Source: Candidatus Cloacimonadota bacterium (GTDB taxonomy: Bacteria; Cloacimonadota; Cloacimonadia; JGIOTU-2). Taken from it: a stretch of DNA of 64,000 nt. This document shows positions 10,185 through 20,864 of the stretch, piece by piece (the first letter of the stretch is position 1; each line of letters begins with the position of its first letter). A program made the translations under genes and the position numbers. The stretch lies in the NCBI GenBank assembly GCA_049903315.1, contig JBNGBT010000006.1:96001-160000 (forward strand). Reading direction: 5' to 3'. The notes under the pieces were generated by a model. That model was given only the letters and a program-made list of their open reading frames with translations. It was not told the DNA's origin and ran no database searches.

Positions 10185-11676
10185 GAGGATATTCCTTGTT
10201 TTTATGTTTATGGTTCTTTATGTTTCTCCATTTTTTCAGAGAACCTCTGATTCTTCTAATTTCAGCAGGTTCAAAAAAATTAAATAAATACAAAATAAGA
10301 GGAAAAGATGAGATGAAGAAAATTTTTATCAAGATTCTCACAATGATTGTAAGGCTATTAATTAATGAAGACAAGAGAATTAATACAACCCATAATGCGA
10401 TGAGGAGTGCAAGTTTCTTGTTTTCATATGGAATTTTATATTGTTTCTGTGCTGCTCGGTAACTCAAAAAATAAAGTACGATAAATGAAATAATAGTTGC
10501 ATAGGCTGCACCAAGCATGTGATATTTGGGGATAAGTAAGAAGTTGAGAATAATATTTAATACAGCCGCAAATATAGTATTTAAAGCAATCGAAGATGTT
10601 TTATGTGTAATATATAAACCAATATTTACTACAGTACGGGCTCCGCTAAATAATAATCCAAAAATAATGTATGGTACAATTGTATATGCGAGCCAATAAT
10701 CTGGATTCAAGGCAAGGGTTTTAATTAATTCCTTGCCAATGATCGCTAAGCCTAATCCTGCCCAGGTTAGTACAAACATAGAATAGGTAAGCATCTTACT
10801 GTAAAATCTTTTGTCACCCTTTTTCTGATACATAGAATATGCGATTGGTTGTAATCCCAGTTGAAAAGACTGAATAAGAAAAATGGTCAATACACTCGCG
10901 ACTTTGTATCCAAGATTATATAGACCAACTTCTCTATAATTTCCTAAGAATTTCAGTATATATCTATCCCCCATATTAAGGAGCATGCCCGCAAGAGCTG
11001 AGAAAATTAAAGGGAATCCAAATATTAATGATTTCTTAAGTATATTTAGATCGATTTCAAATTTGATAGAAGAAATAATTTGTGGAAGAAGAATGATAAG
11101 TAATACAGTTTCTCCTATGATATAAGAATAGAGAATTCCTTTAACACCAATTCTTAAAAACGCCACAAAATATACGTTAAATCCTAGCGTACAGACTAAC
11201 TTTGATATATTGCTTAAAGCAAACAGTAATGCTTTTCCTCTTGCTCTAAATGATGAAAGAAATAATTTATTTATTAAACGAAGTGCTATTATTATAAGGG
11301 ATAAATGAATGTATAATTGGAATGTTTTTGGATTATAAAACAACCTAGAGATATTTTCTGCAAAAACATGCCCAAATAGGTTTATTAGAAGCACGAGACC
11401 GAATAAAAATAAAAAAAGGGTAAAGAGAGGATCTCTTTTATTGCTTTTATTTTCTTCTTTACAATAAAATCTTATATATGCTTGATGTTGGCCGAACATC
11501 AGCACTTGAGTAAGAATTAAAATGGAAATTTCAAGTATTCCAAGAATACCATAATCAGATACAGAAATATGAGCAGTATAGAGAGGGAGAAGAATGATAC
11601 CTATAATTTTTGTAGTGATATTTCCAATACTATAAATTGCAGTATTTTTGAAAGCAAGTTTTATCTTTTCAAACAT
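10177..11676 (-). CDS. Polysaccharide/oligosaccharide flippase (Wzx/MOP family)
   Basis: KNTAIYSIGN, LLPLYT, DRYIL, VGLY, LLIPKY..LGAAYAT; 12-14 TM. Confidence 0.88.
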   Translation of the reverse strand: MFEKIKLAFKNTAIYSIGNITTKIIGIILLPLYTAHISVSDYGILGILEISILILTQVLMFGQHQAYIRFYCKEENKSNKRDPLFTLFLFLFGLVLLINLFGHVFAENISRLFYNPKTFQLYIHLSLIIIALRLINKLFLSSFRARGKALLFALSNISKLVCTLGFNVYFVAFLRIGVKGILYSYIIGETVLLIILLPQIISSIKFEIDLNILKKSLIFGFPLIFSALAGMLLNMGDRYILKFLGNYREVGLYNLGYKVASVLTIFLIQSFQLGLQPIAYSMYQKKGDKRFYSKMLTYSMFVLTWAGLGLAIIGKELIKTLALNPDYWLAYTIVPYIIFGLLFSGARTVVNIGLYITHKTSSIALNTIFAAVLNIILNFLLIPKYHMLGAAYATIISFIVLYFLSYRAAQKQYKIPYENKKLALLIALWVVLILLSSLINSLTIIVRILIKIFFISSFPLILYLFNFFEPAEIRRIRGSLKKWRNIKNHKHKNKEYPHE

Positions 11677-11688
11677 TTGGAAATACTA

Positions 11689-12363
11689 TTATTTAGAATG
11701 ATTTCCTATCATACAGATAAGTGTTTTTATGATCCAGATAATTTCAACAATCCCGAAACCATATATTACCCAGAGGGGTTTGTTAATAAAGAGTAACGGC
11801 ACTGCATATAAATGATAGCGAGAAATTTCAAAATATACATTTGCGATAAATGTATTGTGTTGCTCTAATATTTTTTTTGTAGGATATTTCTTTTTTGCTC
11901 CAGTTATAAGACGGTGTGACGAGTATACAAACAACAAGAAAACAACGACACATATCCAGAAACCTTGAGGGTAAACTCTGTATGTTATTGATGCTATTAA
12001 AAGTAATGTACTTATTTTACCAACAACCTCATCCCACCATTTCCCCTTTTTTGACGTCATTGATTTTCTTCGTGCAAGTGTGCCATCAACGACGTCCCAC
12101 ATAAGTCGTAGATTATAAAATATAGCTCCAACAAATAAACCCCAGTAACTTTTTATAAATATAATCGATAACGCCATTAAAATTCCAAAAAACAAGGATA
12201 TCGTCGTTGCAGCGTTTGGAGTAAGTGATGTGTTTTCAAAGAATGCTACGATTAAATTTGCTCCGGGTATAACAAAGAGTTTAGAATAAATGGCTCGTTG
12301 GGCACTTGTTTTTTTACTAAAATCTCTTATATTTTTATATTTAACCAATAAGCTTTTTTTCAT
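11689..12363 (-). CDS. CDP-alcohol phosphotransferase family protein
   Basis: TPNAAT and DVVDGTLARRKSMTSKKGKWWD match D-x2-DG-x2-AR-x7-G-x3-D. Confidence 0.88.
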   Translation of the reverse strand: MKKSLLVKYKNIRDFSKKTSAQRAIYSKLFVIPGANLIVAFFENTSLTPNAATTISLFFGILMALSIIFIKSYWGLFVGAIFYNLRLMWDVVDGTLARRKSMTSKKGKWWDEVVGKISTLLLIASITYRVYPQGFWICVVVFLLFVYSSHRLITGAKKKYPTKKILEQHNTFIANVYFEISRYHLYAVPLLFINKPLWVIYGFGIVEIIWIIKTLICMIGNHSK

Positions 12364-12370
12364 ATTTTCC

Positions 12371-13375
12371 TTAATTCTTCAAAAACTTGTGTGCGATCTG
12401 ATTTTTTTTCTTATTCCACATACGAATTTTCTTTTCTTTCAAGCTTTTGGATTGAGTTTTATAATATTCTAAATTTTTAATCATACTATTAATACCCGAC
12501 GTAATAGATTTAGGATTATTCGATACGTAAATTGCTTTGTCTTTATAATAATCCTTTAAAGTTCTTTTGTCAGATGTTATAAGTGGTTTGCAGAATGCCA
12601 GAGCTTCATAACCTCCCGAAAGAAGAGTGTAGTCTCGAATTGTGAGAACTACTATGAAGTCCACAGAAGAAAGTAAATAAATATAATCAGCATCACTAAG
12701 AAATCCAGTCAAAATTATATTATTTTTTAATAATTCTTCTTTTTGGAGTTGTTTTTTTTTATAATTCCCCGTTATATAAAATGTTACATCTTTGATATTT
12801 TGAGTCGCTTCAATGAATTCATTAAAAGGTTCATCCTCTGAAAACCTACAAATAAAAACCGAAGAAAAGCGTTTCTTTTTATGAAGATTTAAGACAGTAG
12901 ATTGTTTTAAATAAGGAGTATGAAATGTGGGGATTGGATCTTCGAGAACAAATAAATTTGATTTCAGCCCAGGCATGAAATTAATAAGAAGGTCAGAGGA
13001 ATTCTTATTATGCACTAAAACAATATCAGCTTGTGTCCAGAGAAATCGGTTTAATATATTATATGGAAAACGATTATAGTCCATATATGCTGCAGTGTGA
13101 AGATCTGCTACTAATGTGCAGGGGAAAAATAACTTGTAGAAATATCCCACAAGTGTAATCATAGGGTGCGCATGAAAAGTGAAAACAATATCCGGTTTAA
13201 CTTTTATTAGTTTATTAAATGTGAGAATCGAGTTCCTTAGCAATCTGAGTGAAGTGAGGAGTGAATTTGCTTCAACTCTATCAAGGCGATAATATTCTGC
13301 ATCGAATTCCCTTGAAAGCTGCTCACTTCTTCGGGATATCCTTGTCCACGCAATAAATATTCTTTTTGAACTCAT
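12371..13375 (-). CDS. GT-B fold (GT4-like) glycosyltransferase
   Basis: PDIV, TGFLSDADY, EALAFCKPLITSD C-terminal GT4 pattern; glycan cluster context. Confidence 0.8.
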   Translation of the reverse strand: MSSKRIFIAWTRISRRSEQLSREFDAEYYRLDRVEANSLLTSLRLLRNSILTFNKLIKVKPDIVFTFHAHPMITLVGYFYKLFFPCTLVADLHTAAYMDYNRFPYNILNRFLWTQADIVLVHNKNSSDLLINFMPGLKSNLFVLEDPIPTFHTPYLKQSTVLNLHKKKRFSSVFICRFSEDEPFNEFIEATQNIKDVTFYITGNYKKKQLQKEELLKNNIILTGFLSDADYIYLLSSVDFIVVLTIRDYTLLSGGYEALAFCKPLITSDKRTLKDYYKDKAIYVSNNPKSITSGINSMIKNLEYYKTQSKSLKEKKIRMWNKKKNQIAHKFLKN

Positions 13376-13409
13376 GACATATTATATGTTTTCTGCTACG
13401 GATTTCGCA

Positions 13410-14453
13410 TTATTTTTGTGAATCGAGATGATCGTAATTGGTTCTGATTGGTTTCATCGAATACATCTGATTTGCATTGAACCATTTATAATGTTCGCGA
13501 ACTGCATCAATACATTGAATTTCAGTATAGAGGGGAGTGTAGTTAAAATGCATCATCTCATTCCTGAAATAATATTCTAAGAGCTGTATCTCGTATTCCG
13601 GCAAATTTTTATATATTCCAACCCTTTCATTACTCACAGAACTGTACTGAATATTAGAAAGGCTGTTTCCTTTCCAGGTAATTTTACAAAAACTTGGTTC
13701 AGGATACAGTTTTTCGTAGTCTATCTCAAGAAAATGGCAAGCATGCTTTAGCACCTTTGATGGATTGCTCACCATATCTTCATATCGGATAACAAGATAT
13801 TTCTTATTGCCGAATATTTTTAGATTATCAATTGCCATCTTCTGAGAAATAAAATTTCTGTCGATAACACTTCTCAGTAGACGATCCATGGAGTCGTATT
13901 GAGTATGATAGTGTTTATCCCAACCTTTTTTAATAACTGCCCAATTATCTCTGGGATCTCGTATTACATGGATATATTTTGCCTTTGGGTACATTTTAAA
14001 AATTTTATTAACAAATATTTCGGATCCCGTACACTTTTCTATCCACATTTTATGTCTGCTATAGTTTGGATCAGGCAATATTTCTCTGGCACTGTAAATT
14101 ATAGATTCCAGGAAATCCTTAACAGTCGCGTTTGTGGAATCTATCATGCGCGAAAAGATCGTATTAAGTTCACTGTAGGAATATTTCAGATCTTTCTCGT
14201 CCAACTTCATCCATTTTTTTATTGTTTGTTTTAAACTGAGAAAAACATAATCAACAACTCTTTGTTTCTGCTCTTCATAAGAAATGTCATCTTGAAAATA
14301 TACCGGATAGAAGGCATACCAGAAATGAGTTTCATAAGGGTAAACAAACAGATCTGGATGCCCATCTAATAAAGCTATCAGAAGAGTTGTGCCATTTTTT
14401 CTGTGCCCTCCAACAAAAATACCATTCTCTCTAATTTTTCCCCATGTCGTCAT
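13410..14453 (-). CDS. PAPS-dependent sulfotransferase
   Basis: 5'-PSB loop GGHRKNGTTLL, 3'-PB motif IRDPRD, and IRYEDMV. Confidence 0.88.
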   Translation of the reverse strand: MTTWGKIRENGIFVGGHRKNGTTLLIALLDGHPDLFVYPYETHFWYAFYPVYFQDDISYEEQKQRVVDYVFLSLKQTIKKWMKLDEKDLKYSYSELNTIFSRMIDSTNATVKDFLESIIYSAREILPDPNYSRHKMWIEKCTGSEIFVNKIFKMYPKAKYIHVIRDPRDNWAVIKKGWDKHYHTQYDSMDRLLRSVIDRNFISQKMAIDNLKIFGNKKYLVIRYEDMVSNPSKVLKHACHFLEIDYEKLYPEPSFCKITWKGNSLSNIQYSSVSNERVGIYKNLPEYEIQLLEYYFRNEMMHFNYTPLYTEIQCIDAVREHYKWFNANQMYSMKPIRTNYDHLDSQK

Positions 14454-16306
14454 ACTAAATCCTTTAACGCGTATACAAGTTCTTTGTTTTCGTCGGGTTT
14501 TCTTATTGAAATTCGCACAAAAGAATCATTAAGGGAGGTTTTGTTGGAGCAGTCTTTGATAAGAATATTGTACTTCGTATACAGTTTTATTTTCAATTCT
14601 CTACTTGTAATATGAGGGGGTAATTTACAGAATAGATAATTTGCTTTTCCATCAATGACCTTTATATCTGGTACTTCCTTTAGTAACTCGATGAGTTGTT
14701 CACGATCACTTATGATCTGAGCTACTGAACGATTATACAATTTTTGATAACGTGGGAACAACTCCAAGAACCGTTCAGCTAATGAATTGATGTTCCATAT
14801 AGGAAGTTCTTTTCTGATTTTCTTTTTTATAACTTCATTAGTTGTTAACACATATCCAAGCCGAAGACCTGGAATCCCAAACTCTTTACTCAAGCTTCTT
14901 ATCACAATAAGGTTAGGATATTGGTTTACGATTGCTTGCACGGAAGTGGCTTCTCTCTCGCCAGTAAAGTCAATAAAAGATTCATCAATAATGATACCAT
15001 CAAGATGTCTACACTTTTCTAATATCGCAATGATCTGCTCTTTTTTGGTAACAGTTGATGTGGGATTGTTAGGATTGATTATCAACGCAAAATTGCTTTT
15101 CGATTTAATTATAGATTCGATAAACTCATCTTCATCAAGAAGAAAATTATTATTTTCAGACAATAGGACGTAATTTATTTTCTTCTTTTCAAGATTTTCA
15201 TATTCATTGAAACTCGGTACCGGGATTGTTATTTTCTGTATGAGATTTTTATTTATAATGTTGATTAACTCAGATGCACCGTTTCCTACAATAAGGTTAT
15301 CTTTTGAGAATCCGTCTTCAAAATACCACTGAGATAAGAGACTTGCAATTTTGTGCTGGGCTGAGGGATAGTTATTGATGAGTATTGGCAATTCATATGA
15401 TAACTTAGTATAGAAGTCCTGAGGAGGGAAATAGAGATTGAAAAGGTAGCAAAAATCCTTGCAATCATACCGCCAGTGTCCTCCGTAGAGCCCATAAAGC
15501 CAATCGACTCTTTCCTCTCCCTTCGAGAAATGGTATGTTGCCATGTCAAGATCATCTTCTGTATCAACTTCATACCATGTGTCCCTTTCAACTATGTGTC
15601 CGTAAATATTTGGTGTTTTCTGATAAATGAGAGTTCCCAGCACAAGTTCATAATAATCTGTTACTCCGTGAGTTTTGATATACATTTCTAAGTTTGGTTT
15701 GAAATATAAAGAAAAAAACTCTTTAGTGAAGTAGTATATATTGACCGTTTTATACTTATCGGAAAACTCAAAATGGAAATCCTGTTCGCTGCTTGGTATA
15801 AGTCTTTTAATCGTGTTAAATTTTGGGTCCATTTCTATAATGGCACCAGACATCATCTTTTTACCTTTTTCATCGATTTCGACCACGGTGCCGGACATGC
15901 TTGAATGGTATTTTGAAAGGTAAGCAATATTTTTATCTCCATTATCAAAAATGAATTGTAAAATGTCATTTTCAAAATATATGTCACCTTCCATCAATAT
16001 GAAATCATCATCAATTTTATCAGTGGCAAGCCAAAGTGATTGGATGTTATTCGTCGTGTTCCATTCAGGATTATCAACATATTCGATCTTAATACCTTCG
16101 TATTGTTCACCGAAAGCATCAATAATGAGATCTTTTTTATATCCAACAACAATGATAATTTTATTAATTTCTTCGTGGGCAATGAGTGCATTGATTGAGT
16201 TTTCAAGAAACGAAGTTCCACATACTTTGACGAGAGATTTTGGCACTTCATCTGTAAGAGGCCTTAAACGACTTCCTCTTCCTGCTGCGAGTATAACTGC
16301 TTGCAT
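14450..16306 (-). CDS. Fusion: LicC-like cytidylyltransferase + class I/II PLP enzyme (CobD/HisC-like)
   Basis: N-terminal ILAAGRGSRL...PKSL, TNNIQSL, EGD, WYEVDTEDDL; C-terminal GNGASELI, NPNNPT, DESFIDF, RSLSKEFGIPGLRLGY. Confidence 0.88.
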   Translation of the reverse strand: MQAVILAAGRGSRLRPLTDEVPKSLVKVCGTSFLENSINALIAHEEINKIIIVVGYKKDLIIDAFGEQYEGIKIEYVDNPEWNTTNNIQSLWLATDKIDDDFILMEGDIYFENDILQFIFDNGDKNIAYLSKYHSSMSGTVVEIDEKGKKMMSGAIIEMDPKFNTIKRLIPSSEQDFHFEFSDKYKTVNIYYFTKEFFSLYFKPNLEMYIKTHGVTDYYELVLGTLIYQKTPNIYGHIVERDTWYEVDTEDDLDMATYHFSKGEERVDWLYGLYGGHWRYDCKDFCYLFNLYFPPQDFYTKLSYELPILINNYPSAQHKIASLLSQWYFEDGFSKDNLIVGNGASELINIINKNLIQKITIPVPSFNEYENLEKKKINYVLLSENNNFLLDEDEFIESIIKSKSNFALIINPNNPTSTVTKKEQIIAILEKCRHLDGIIIDESFIDFTGEREATSVQAIVNQYPNLIVIRSLSKEFGIPGLRLGYVLTTNEVIKKKIRKELPIWNINSLAERFLELFPRYQKLYNRSVAQIISDREQLIELLKEVPDIKVIDGKANYLFCKLPPHITSRELKIKLYTKYNILIKDCSNKTSLNDSFVRISIRKPDENKELVYALKDLV

Positions 16307-16449
16307 TATTCTGTTATCTCCTTTGAGTTGAATGTAAACTTAATGGCTGGTTTTTCATCGTTTTCAATGACTGAGGAATGCAGTTTTAACCTTACTGTGA
16401 GTTGACAATAGCCGATCATGTTTAGTACTTTCTTCATGCAAAATGAAAT

Positions 16450-16923
16450 TTATTTATTTGTGGTAATCACTGTTTTCATGAATTCATCTAATCCAATATC
16501 GGGAACATTTTCTGCTATAAGAGAGAGTACGATGAGTATCTTATCAATACCTCGAGGGATGAATAATGTTTTTGATTTGCCATCCTGCTCATAGGTAAGA
16601 ATAATTGATTTGCCTGCCTTTATATTAAATTCAATTTTTTTTATTTGCACAAATTGTATCTCAACATCCTTGAGGAGGAGCGGTTTAAAAATTACTGATG
16701 AATCTGTGAATCGGATAGAGTTGATAGTAAAGAGGTTCTTGTAAAACACATTCACCACAAGGAGGAGCACCACAAAAGGAACTGCTTTTTTATACCATTT
16801 ATCAAGTGTGGAAAATTCCTGTGTGATGAAATATATTGCCCATACAAGCGCGAGGAGTGCGACGATCAATGAGAGCCATCGCAAGAAAGGAGGAAAACGG
16901 AAGACGAGGTTTTTATTTTTCAT
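16450..16923 (-). CDS. Hypothetical 2-TM membrane protein
   Basis: Two N-terminal hydrophobic helices and a soluble C-terminus; start overlaps the manC end (exact start uncertain). Confidence 0.6.
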   Translation of the reverse strand: MKNKNLVFRFPPFLRWLSLIVALLALVWAIYFITQEFSTLDKWYKKAVPFVVLLLVVNVFYKNLFTINSIRFTDSSVIFKPLLLKDVEIQFVQIKKIEFNIKAGKSIILTYEQDGKSKTLFIPRGIDKILIVLSLIAENVPDIGLDEFMKTVITTNK

Positions 16924-17980
16924 AATTTTGTTCTTTTCCAATTATTTCCACGATTTTTTTGACGTCCTGAGACTTTTTTTTCTTGCATACAAGCAAAGCA
17001 TCTTTCGTCTCAACGACAATCAAATTATCCACATCGATGAGTGCAACTCTCTTCCGTGGATTGTCCGAATAAACATAGGAATTATGAGATTCTACGTTCA
17101 TAACAGGCACATCAAAGCAATTACCATCTTTATCTTTCTCTTTCATCTCATCAAGTGTTTCCCAACTTCCGATGTCGTTCCAGTCAATGTTGATGGGAAC
17201 AACTACAGCGTTGTCTGCTTTTTCCATAATGCCGATATCAACAGGAACCGATTTCAGCTCAGAATAGAGTTTGCTAACTTTCCCCATATCAGAATCCCAT
17301 GAATTTTTTATTTTATTCAATGATGAAAAGAGTGACGGCATATACGCTTTAGTCGCATCAATGATCGAGTCTATCCGCCACAAGAACATGCCGCTGTTCC
17401 ATGCAAAGGTGCCCGATTTTACGAATTGTTCAGCTGTTTCTGCATCAGGTTTTTCTTTGAACTGCTTCACTGTAAAAATTGGAATAGGATCTTTTTTAAT
17501 TTCATTTCCAAATTCAATATATCCGTATCCGGTAGCAGGATATGTCGGTTGAATTCCAAAGGTGAGAAGTTTTTTGTGTTCTTTTACAAATTCATCAGCC
17601 TGGGCAATTATTTTTCTGAAACGTTCCGGTTTGCCAATGTAATGATCTGCAGGCAGTACAAGCATAGTTTCATCTTTTTCGTACTTATCTTGTAAGAGTA
17701 CAGCAGAAAGTCCGATGCATGCAGCAGTATTTCTGCCCATGGGCTCAGCAATGATATTTTCTTCCGGCAGTTCAGGAAGATGTTCCATTACCAATCCGAT
17801 CTGGCTCTCATTTGTCACTATATAAATATCCCGATATTCGGCAAGCGGAAGAACTCGGTCGACTGTTTGCTGTATCATTGAGCGTTTGCCGAGAATGTGC
17901 AAAAACTGTTTCGGTGTTTCCTTTGTGCTGAGAGGCCAGAACCGGGTGCCGATCCCGCCAGCCATTATTACAATTATCAT
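16913..17980 (-). CDS. manC: Mannose-1-phosphate guanylyltransferase
   Basis: MAGGIGTRFWPLS..PKQFL, EPMGRNTA, PADH, TGYGYI, FKEKP, WNSGMF, WNDIGSW. Confidence 0.93.
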   Translation of the reverse strand: MIIVIMAGGIGTRFWPLSTKETPKQFLHILGKRSMIQQTVDRVLPLAEYRDIYIVTNESQIGLVMEHLPELPEENIIAEPMGRNTAACIGLSAVLLQDKYEKDETMLVLPADHYIGKPERFRKIIAQADEFVKEHKKLLTFGIQPTYPATGYGYIEFGNEIKKDPIPIFTVKQFKEKPDAETAEQFVKSGTFAWNSGMFLWRIDSIIDATKAYMPSLFSSLNKIKNSWDSDMGKVSKLYSELKSVPVDIGIMEKADNAVVVPINIDWNDIGSWETLDEMKEKDKDGNCFDVPVMNVESHNSYVYSDNPRKRVALIDVDNLIVVETKDALLVCKKKKSQDVKKIVEIIGKEQNYEK

Positions 17981-17991
17981 AACATTACCTG

Positions 17992-18627
17992 CTATTTTTG
18001 CTGTGTTGTTCTCTGGTCGATAACGGAAACATTCTCGGGAATTTCCAGCGTAAAAACTCTGTCAGAAAGCTCTTCATTGATAACCTTATTGGTGAATTTA
18101 AAGCCGACTTCATTGTCATAGTTGTCCATATATTCGATCACTTCGATAAGGGAGTCCTGGTTGGAAAATTGGATCACAAGCTCGGAGAAGTCGCTCATGA
18201 CCTCGGTTGGTTTAAATGAAAAAATAGTAACATTTCTGTATACATCTGTTGCCTGCAGTTCACAATAATAAATATATTCTTTGGCGAGCAGTTCCGGATT
18301 CATAAAATTTTGCCAGTAACTCCAGTCTTGAATGATAAGTTGTTTTTTTTCTGGAAAATAGAATCTCAGATCATATTCCGAACCGAGCATTGTCTGCTGT
18401 TCGGGATAGTAAAACTCGAGCTTAATTTTATCTTCTTTGGTGAAGAGATTGCCATACGTGAAATGCTCGATGTCGCTATCTGGCCAGTAGTTTCTCTGCT
18501 CAAAGTTTGCTTTAAAGGTCGTTATCTCTTCGTTTTTCTTCAGGAATTTATGGAGTAATTTTTCATTTGCAAAAAGGGCATTGCATACAAGGATCATAAT
18601 AAAGAACAGAGCAAAATATTTTTTCAT
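17992..18627 (-). CDS. lolA: Outer-membrane lipoprotein carrier LolA-like
   Basis: Signal peptide, FKANFEQ, C-terminal F.LEIPENVSVID; immediately downstream of ftsK, the usual ftsK-lolA order. Confidence 0.75.
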   Translation of the reverse strand: MKKYFALFFIMILVCNALFANEKLLHKFLKKNEEITTFKANFEQRNYWPDSDIEHFTYGNLFTKEDKIKLEFYYPEQQTMLGSEYDLRFYFPEKKQLIIQDWSYWQNFMNPELLAKEYIYYCELQATDVYRNVTIFSFKPTEVMSDFSELVIQFSNQDSLIEVIEYMDNYDNEVGFKFTNKVINEELSDRVFTLEIPENVSVIDQRTTQQK

Positions 18628-20859
18628 TTAATATCCTAATCTATCAAGATCGTTTTCGTTGATGAGTACTTTTCTGGGTTTGCTTCCCTCTGCATCCTGG
18701 ACAAAACCTGCTCGCTGCATCTGGTCAATGAGTCTTCCTGCACGCGCATAACCGATCCTGAATTTTCTCTGCATCATAGAAATGGAAGCATATTTTTTCT
18801 CGACGGCATAACGAACCGCCTGCGGGAAAAGATCGTCATCATACGCGAAATCTTCATCATCATCTCTCTCTGTAGGAAGTTTGAGGTCCATGTCCGGTTT
18901 CGGAAATTGTGAAAGATAATCGACCAGCTTCTTTGCTTCTTCTGTGCCCACGTAGGAGCCATGAACCCGGATCGGAGGTTTTCTGCCAAGTGGGGAGAAC
19001 AGCATATCACCATTGCCAAGCAGTTTCTCGGCACCATTCAAATCAAGGATCGTTCTTGAGTCTGTTTTTGATGAAACATGGAAGGAAATTCGGGAGGGGA
19101 AGTTTGCTTTTATCACGCCGTTGATCACATTTACAGATGGTCTCTGCGTCGCAAAGATAAGATAAATACCAACTGCGCGTGCCATACCTGCAAGGCGCTG
19201 GATCGGGCGCTCGATGTCCTTTGCCATCTTCTGCATAAGGTCTGCAAGCTCATCCACGACAATGACGAGATAGGGCAAGGTCTGAGGAAGCTCTTCCTGG
19301 TCCGGGAGTTCTTCCGCTTTCAACTTTTCTTGTTCCTTTTTCTTTGCGATACACATTTCATTGTAACTTGCAAGATCGCGCACATGATATTTTGCCAGCG
19401 CATCGTAGCGGCGTTCCATCTCATTCACAGCCCAATTAAGAAGATAGACCACATCTTCAAAATCCGTAATGACTTCTTTCACGAGATGGGGGACTTTTTT
19501 ATAGAGTGAAAGTTCAATTTTCTTAGGATCAAAAAGGATAAGGCGAACCTGATCCGGATGCGCTCTGTATAGAATTGAGTTCAGAATTGAATTAAGACAC
19601 ACGCTTTTTCCCGAGCCCGTTTCTCCTGCAATGAGAAGATGTCTGAGATCTTTCAGGTCAGTAACAATGGGCTTGCCGGTAATATCTTTGCCGAGTGCGA
19701 TCAGCGTTGGAGAAGGATCATTTTTCATCTCATCGGAATCGAGTACTTCTTTCAGATATATAAATTCCGACTTATTATTTGGTATCTCAAATCCGATAGT
19801 GTCTTTGCCGGGAATGGGAGCAACAATGCGAATGCTCTTTGCCTTCAGGGCAAGTGCAAGATCGTCTGCAAGAGCAGTATATTTGCTGATCTTTGTGCCC
19901 GGTGCGGGACGCAGCTCATATTGCGTGATGACCGGTCCGATGTTGACATTCACCACATCGCCTTCAATATCAAATTCTTTCAGTTTTGACTGAAGGAGCT
20001 TGCTTTTTTCATCGATCTCTTTCCTCTTTTCTTCCAAGGCATGCTTGGTCATAGAAGGAGAGTCCTGAAGTATTTTATGATAATCGGGCAACGGGTATGA
20101 GCTATCCTCGTCATCAGGAACTTTTGGGGTTTTTGTGATAATCGGTTCGGTTTTCTGTTTTTTATCTTTTTTCTTTTTTTCTTTTTTTACTTTTTGAACG
20201 GGGGGTTCAATCACTTCTTGCTCTTTGTATGAGATTACGGGTTCTGTCTTTCGTTCCTTCCTGGGCTTTGATTCAGGTTTCGGTTTGCGCTCCCTTCGGG
20301 AAAAAAGTGATGTGAAGAAGTTCAAAATTGTTCGCGCTTCGAATATGAAAATAATCGTTCCAAAAAGTGCCAGTCCGAGTATGATGGCAGAACCAACGCT
20401 GTTGAAGATAGGGTAGAATATCTTATCAATAATGAAAGTGAAAACAATTCCTCGGCAGATGGGAAATGCTCCTCCTACAGAAAGATAGAACAGGGTCAGC
20501 CACACGAAAAAGAGAAAAATGAAGAAGAGTTTGCGGGTCAGCTTTTCAATTTTGGAGCCGAAAATAAAAAGGATGCCGGTAATGAAAAGGAATACTGAAA
20601 GGAAAAAACTGAATGGTTCGCTGAAAATGATCTGGAATACCCACGCCAAACCTGCACCGAATGGACCGATCATGTTTCTTGTGTAGGGGAAATCAAGCGA
20701 GATGATCTTCCTGAAAGAGAGCTCCGCCTGTTTGAGGGTTACAATGTCATCGTAGGTGAATGAGAGCAGTGAAAAGAACAGCAAAGCGCCAAGTGCAATG
20801 AGTATAAAACCGAGTATCAGTTTCGATTTTGGTTTCTTTTCTTTATCTTTGTTTTTCAT
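18628..20859 (-). CDS. ftsK: DNA translocase FtsK
   Basis: N-terminal TM domain, GPVITQYE, HLLIAGETGSGKS, VDELADLM, ATQRPS, GAEKLLGNGDML, gamma domain IGYARAGRLID. Confidence 0.96.
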   Translation of the reverse strand: MKNKDKEKKPKSKLILGFILIALGALLFFSLLSFTYDDIVTLKQAELSFRKIISLDFPYTRNMIGPFGAGLAWVFQIIFSEPFSFFLSVFLFITGILFIFGSKIEKLTRKLFFIFLFFVWLTLFYLSVGGAFPICRGIVFTFIIDKIFYPIFNSVGSAIILGLALFGTIIFIFEARTILNFFTSLFSRRERKPKPESKPRKERKTEPVISYKEQEVIEPPVQKVKKEKKKKDKKQKTEPIITKTPKVPDDEDSSYPLPDYHKILQDSPSMTKHALEEKRKEIDEKSKLLQSKLKEFDIEGDVVNVNIGPVITQYELRPAPGTKISKYTALADDLALALKAKSIRIVAPIPGKDTIGFEIPNNKSEFIYLKEVLDSDEMKNDPSPTLIALGKDITGKPIVTDLKDLRHLLIAGETGSGKSVCLNSILNSILYRAHPDQVRLILFDPKKIELSLYKKVPHLVKEVITDFEDVVYLLNWAVNEMERRYDALAKYHVRDLASYNEMCIAKKKEQEKLKAEELPDQEELPQTLPYLVIVVDELADLMQKMAKDIERPIQRLAGMARAVGIYLIFATQRPSVNVINGVIKANFPSRISFHVSSKTDSRTILDLNGAEKLLGNGDMLFSPLGRKPPIRVHGSYVGTEEAKKLVDYLSQFPKPDMDLKLPTERDDDEDFAYDDDLFPQAVRYAVEKKYASISMMQRKFRIGYARAGRLIDQMQRAGFVQDAEGSKPRKVLINENDLDRLGY

Positions 20860-20864
20860 AATTT

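Noticed and set aside
14450..16306. Phosphonate biosynthesis cluster
   Set aside because: No PEP mutase or phosphonopyruvate decarboxylase here, and the PLP domain is class I/II (CobD/HisC-like) rather than class V AEP transaminase.
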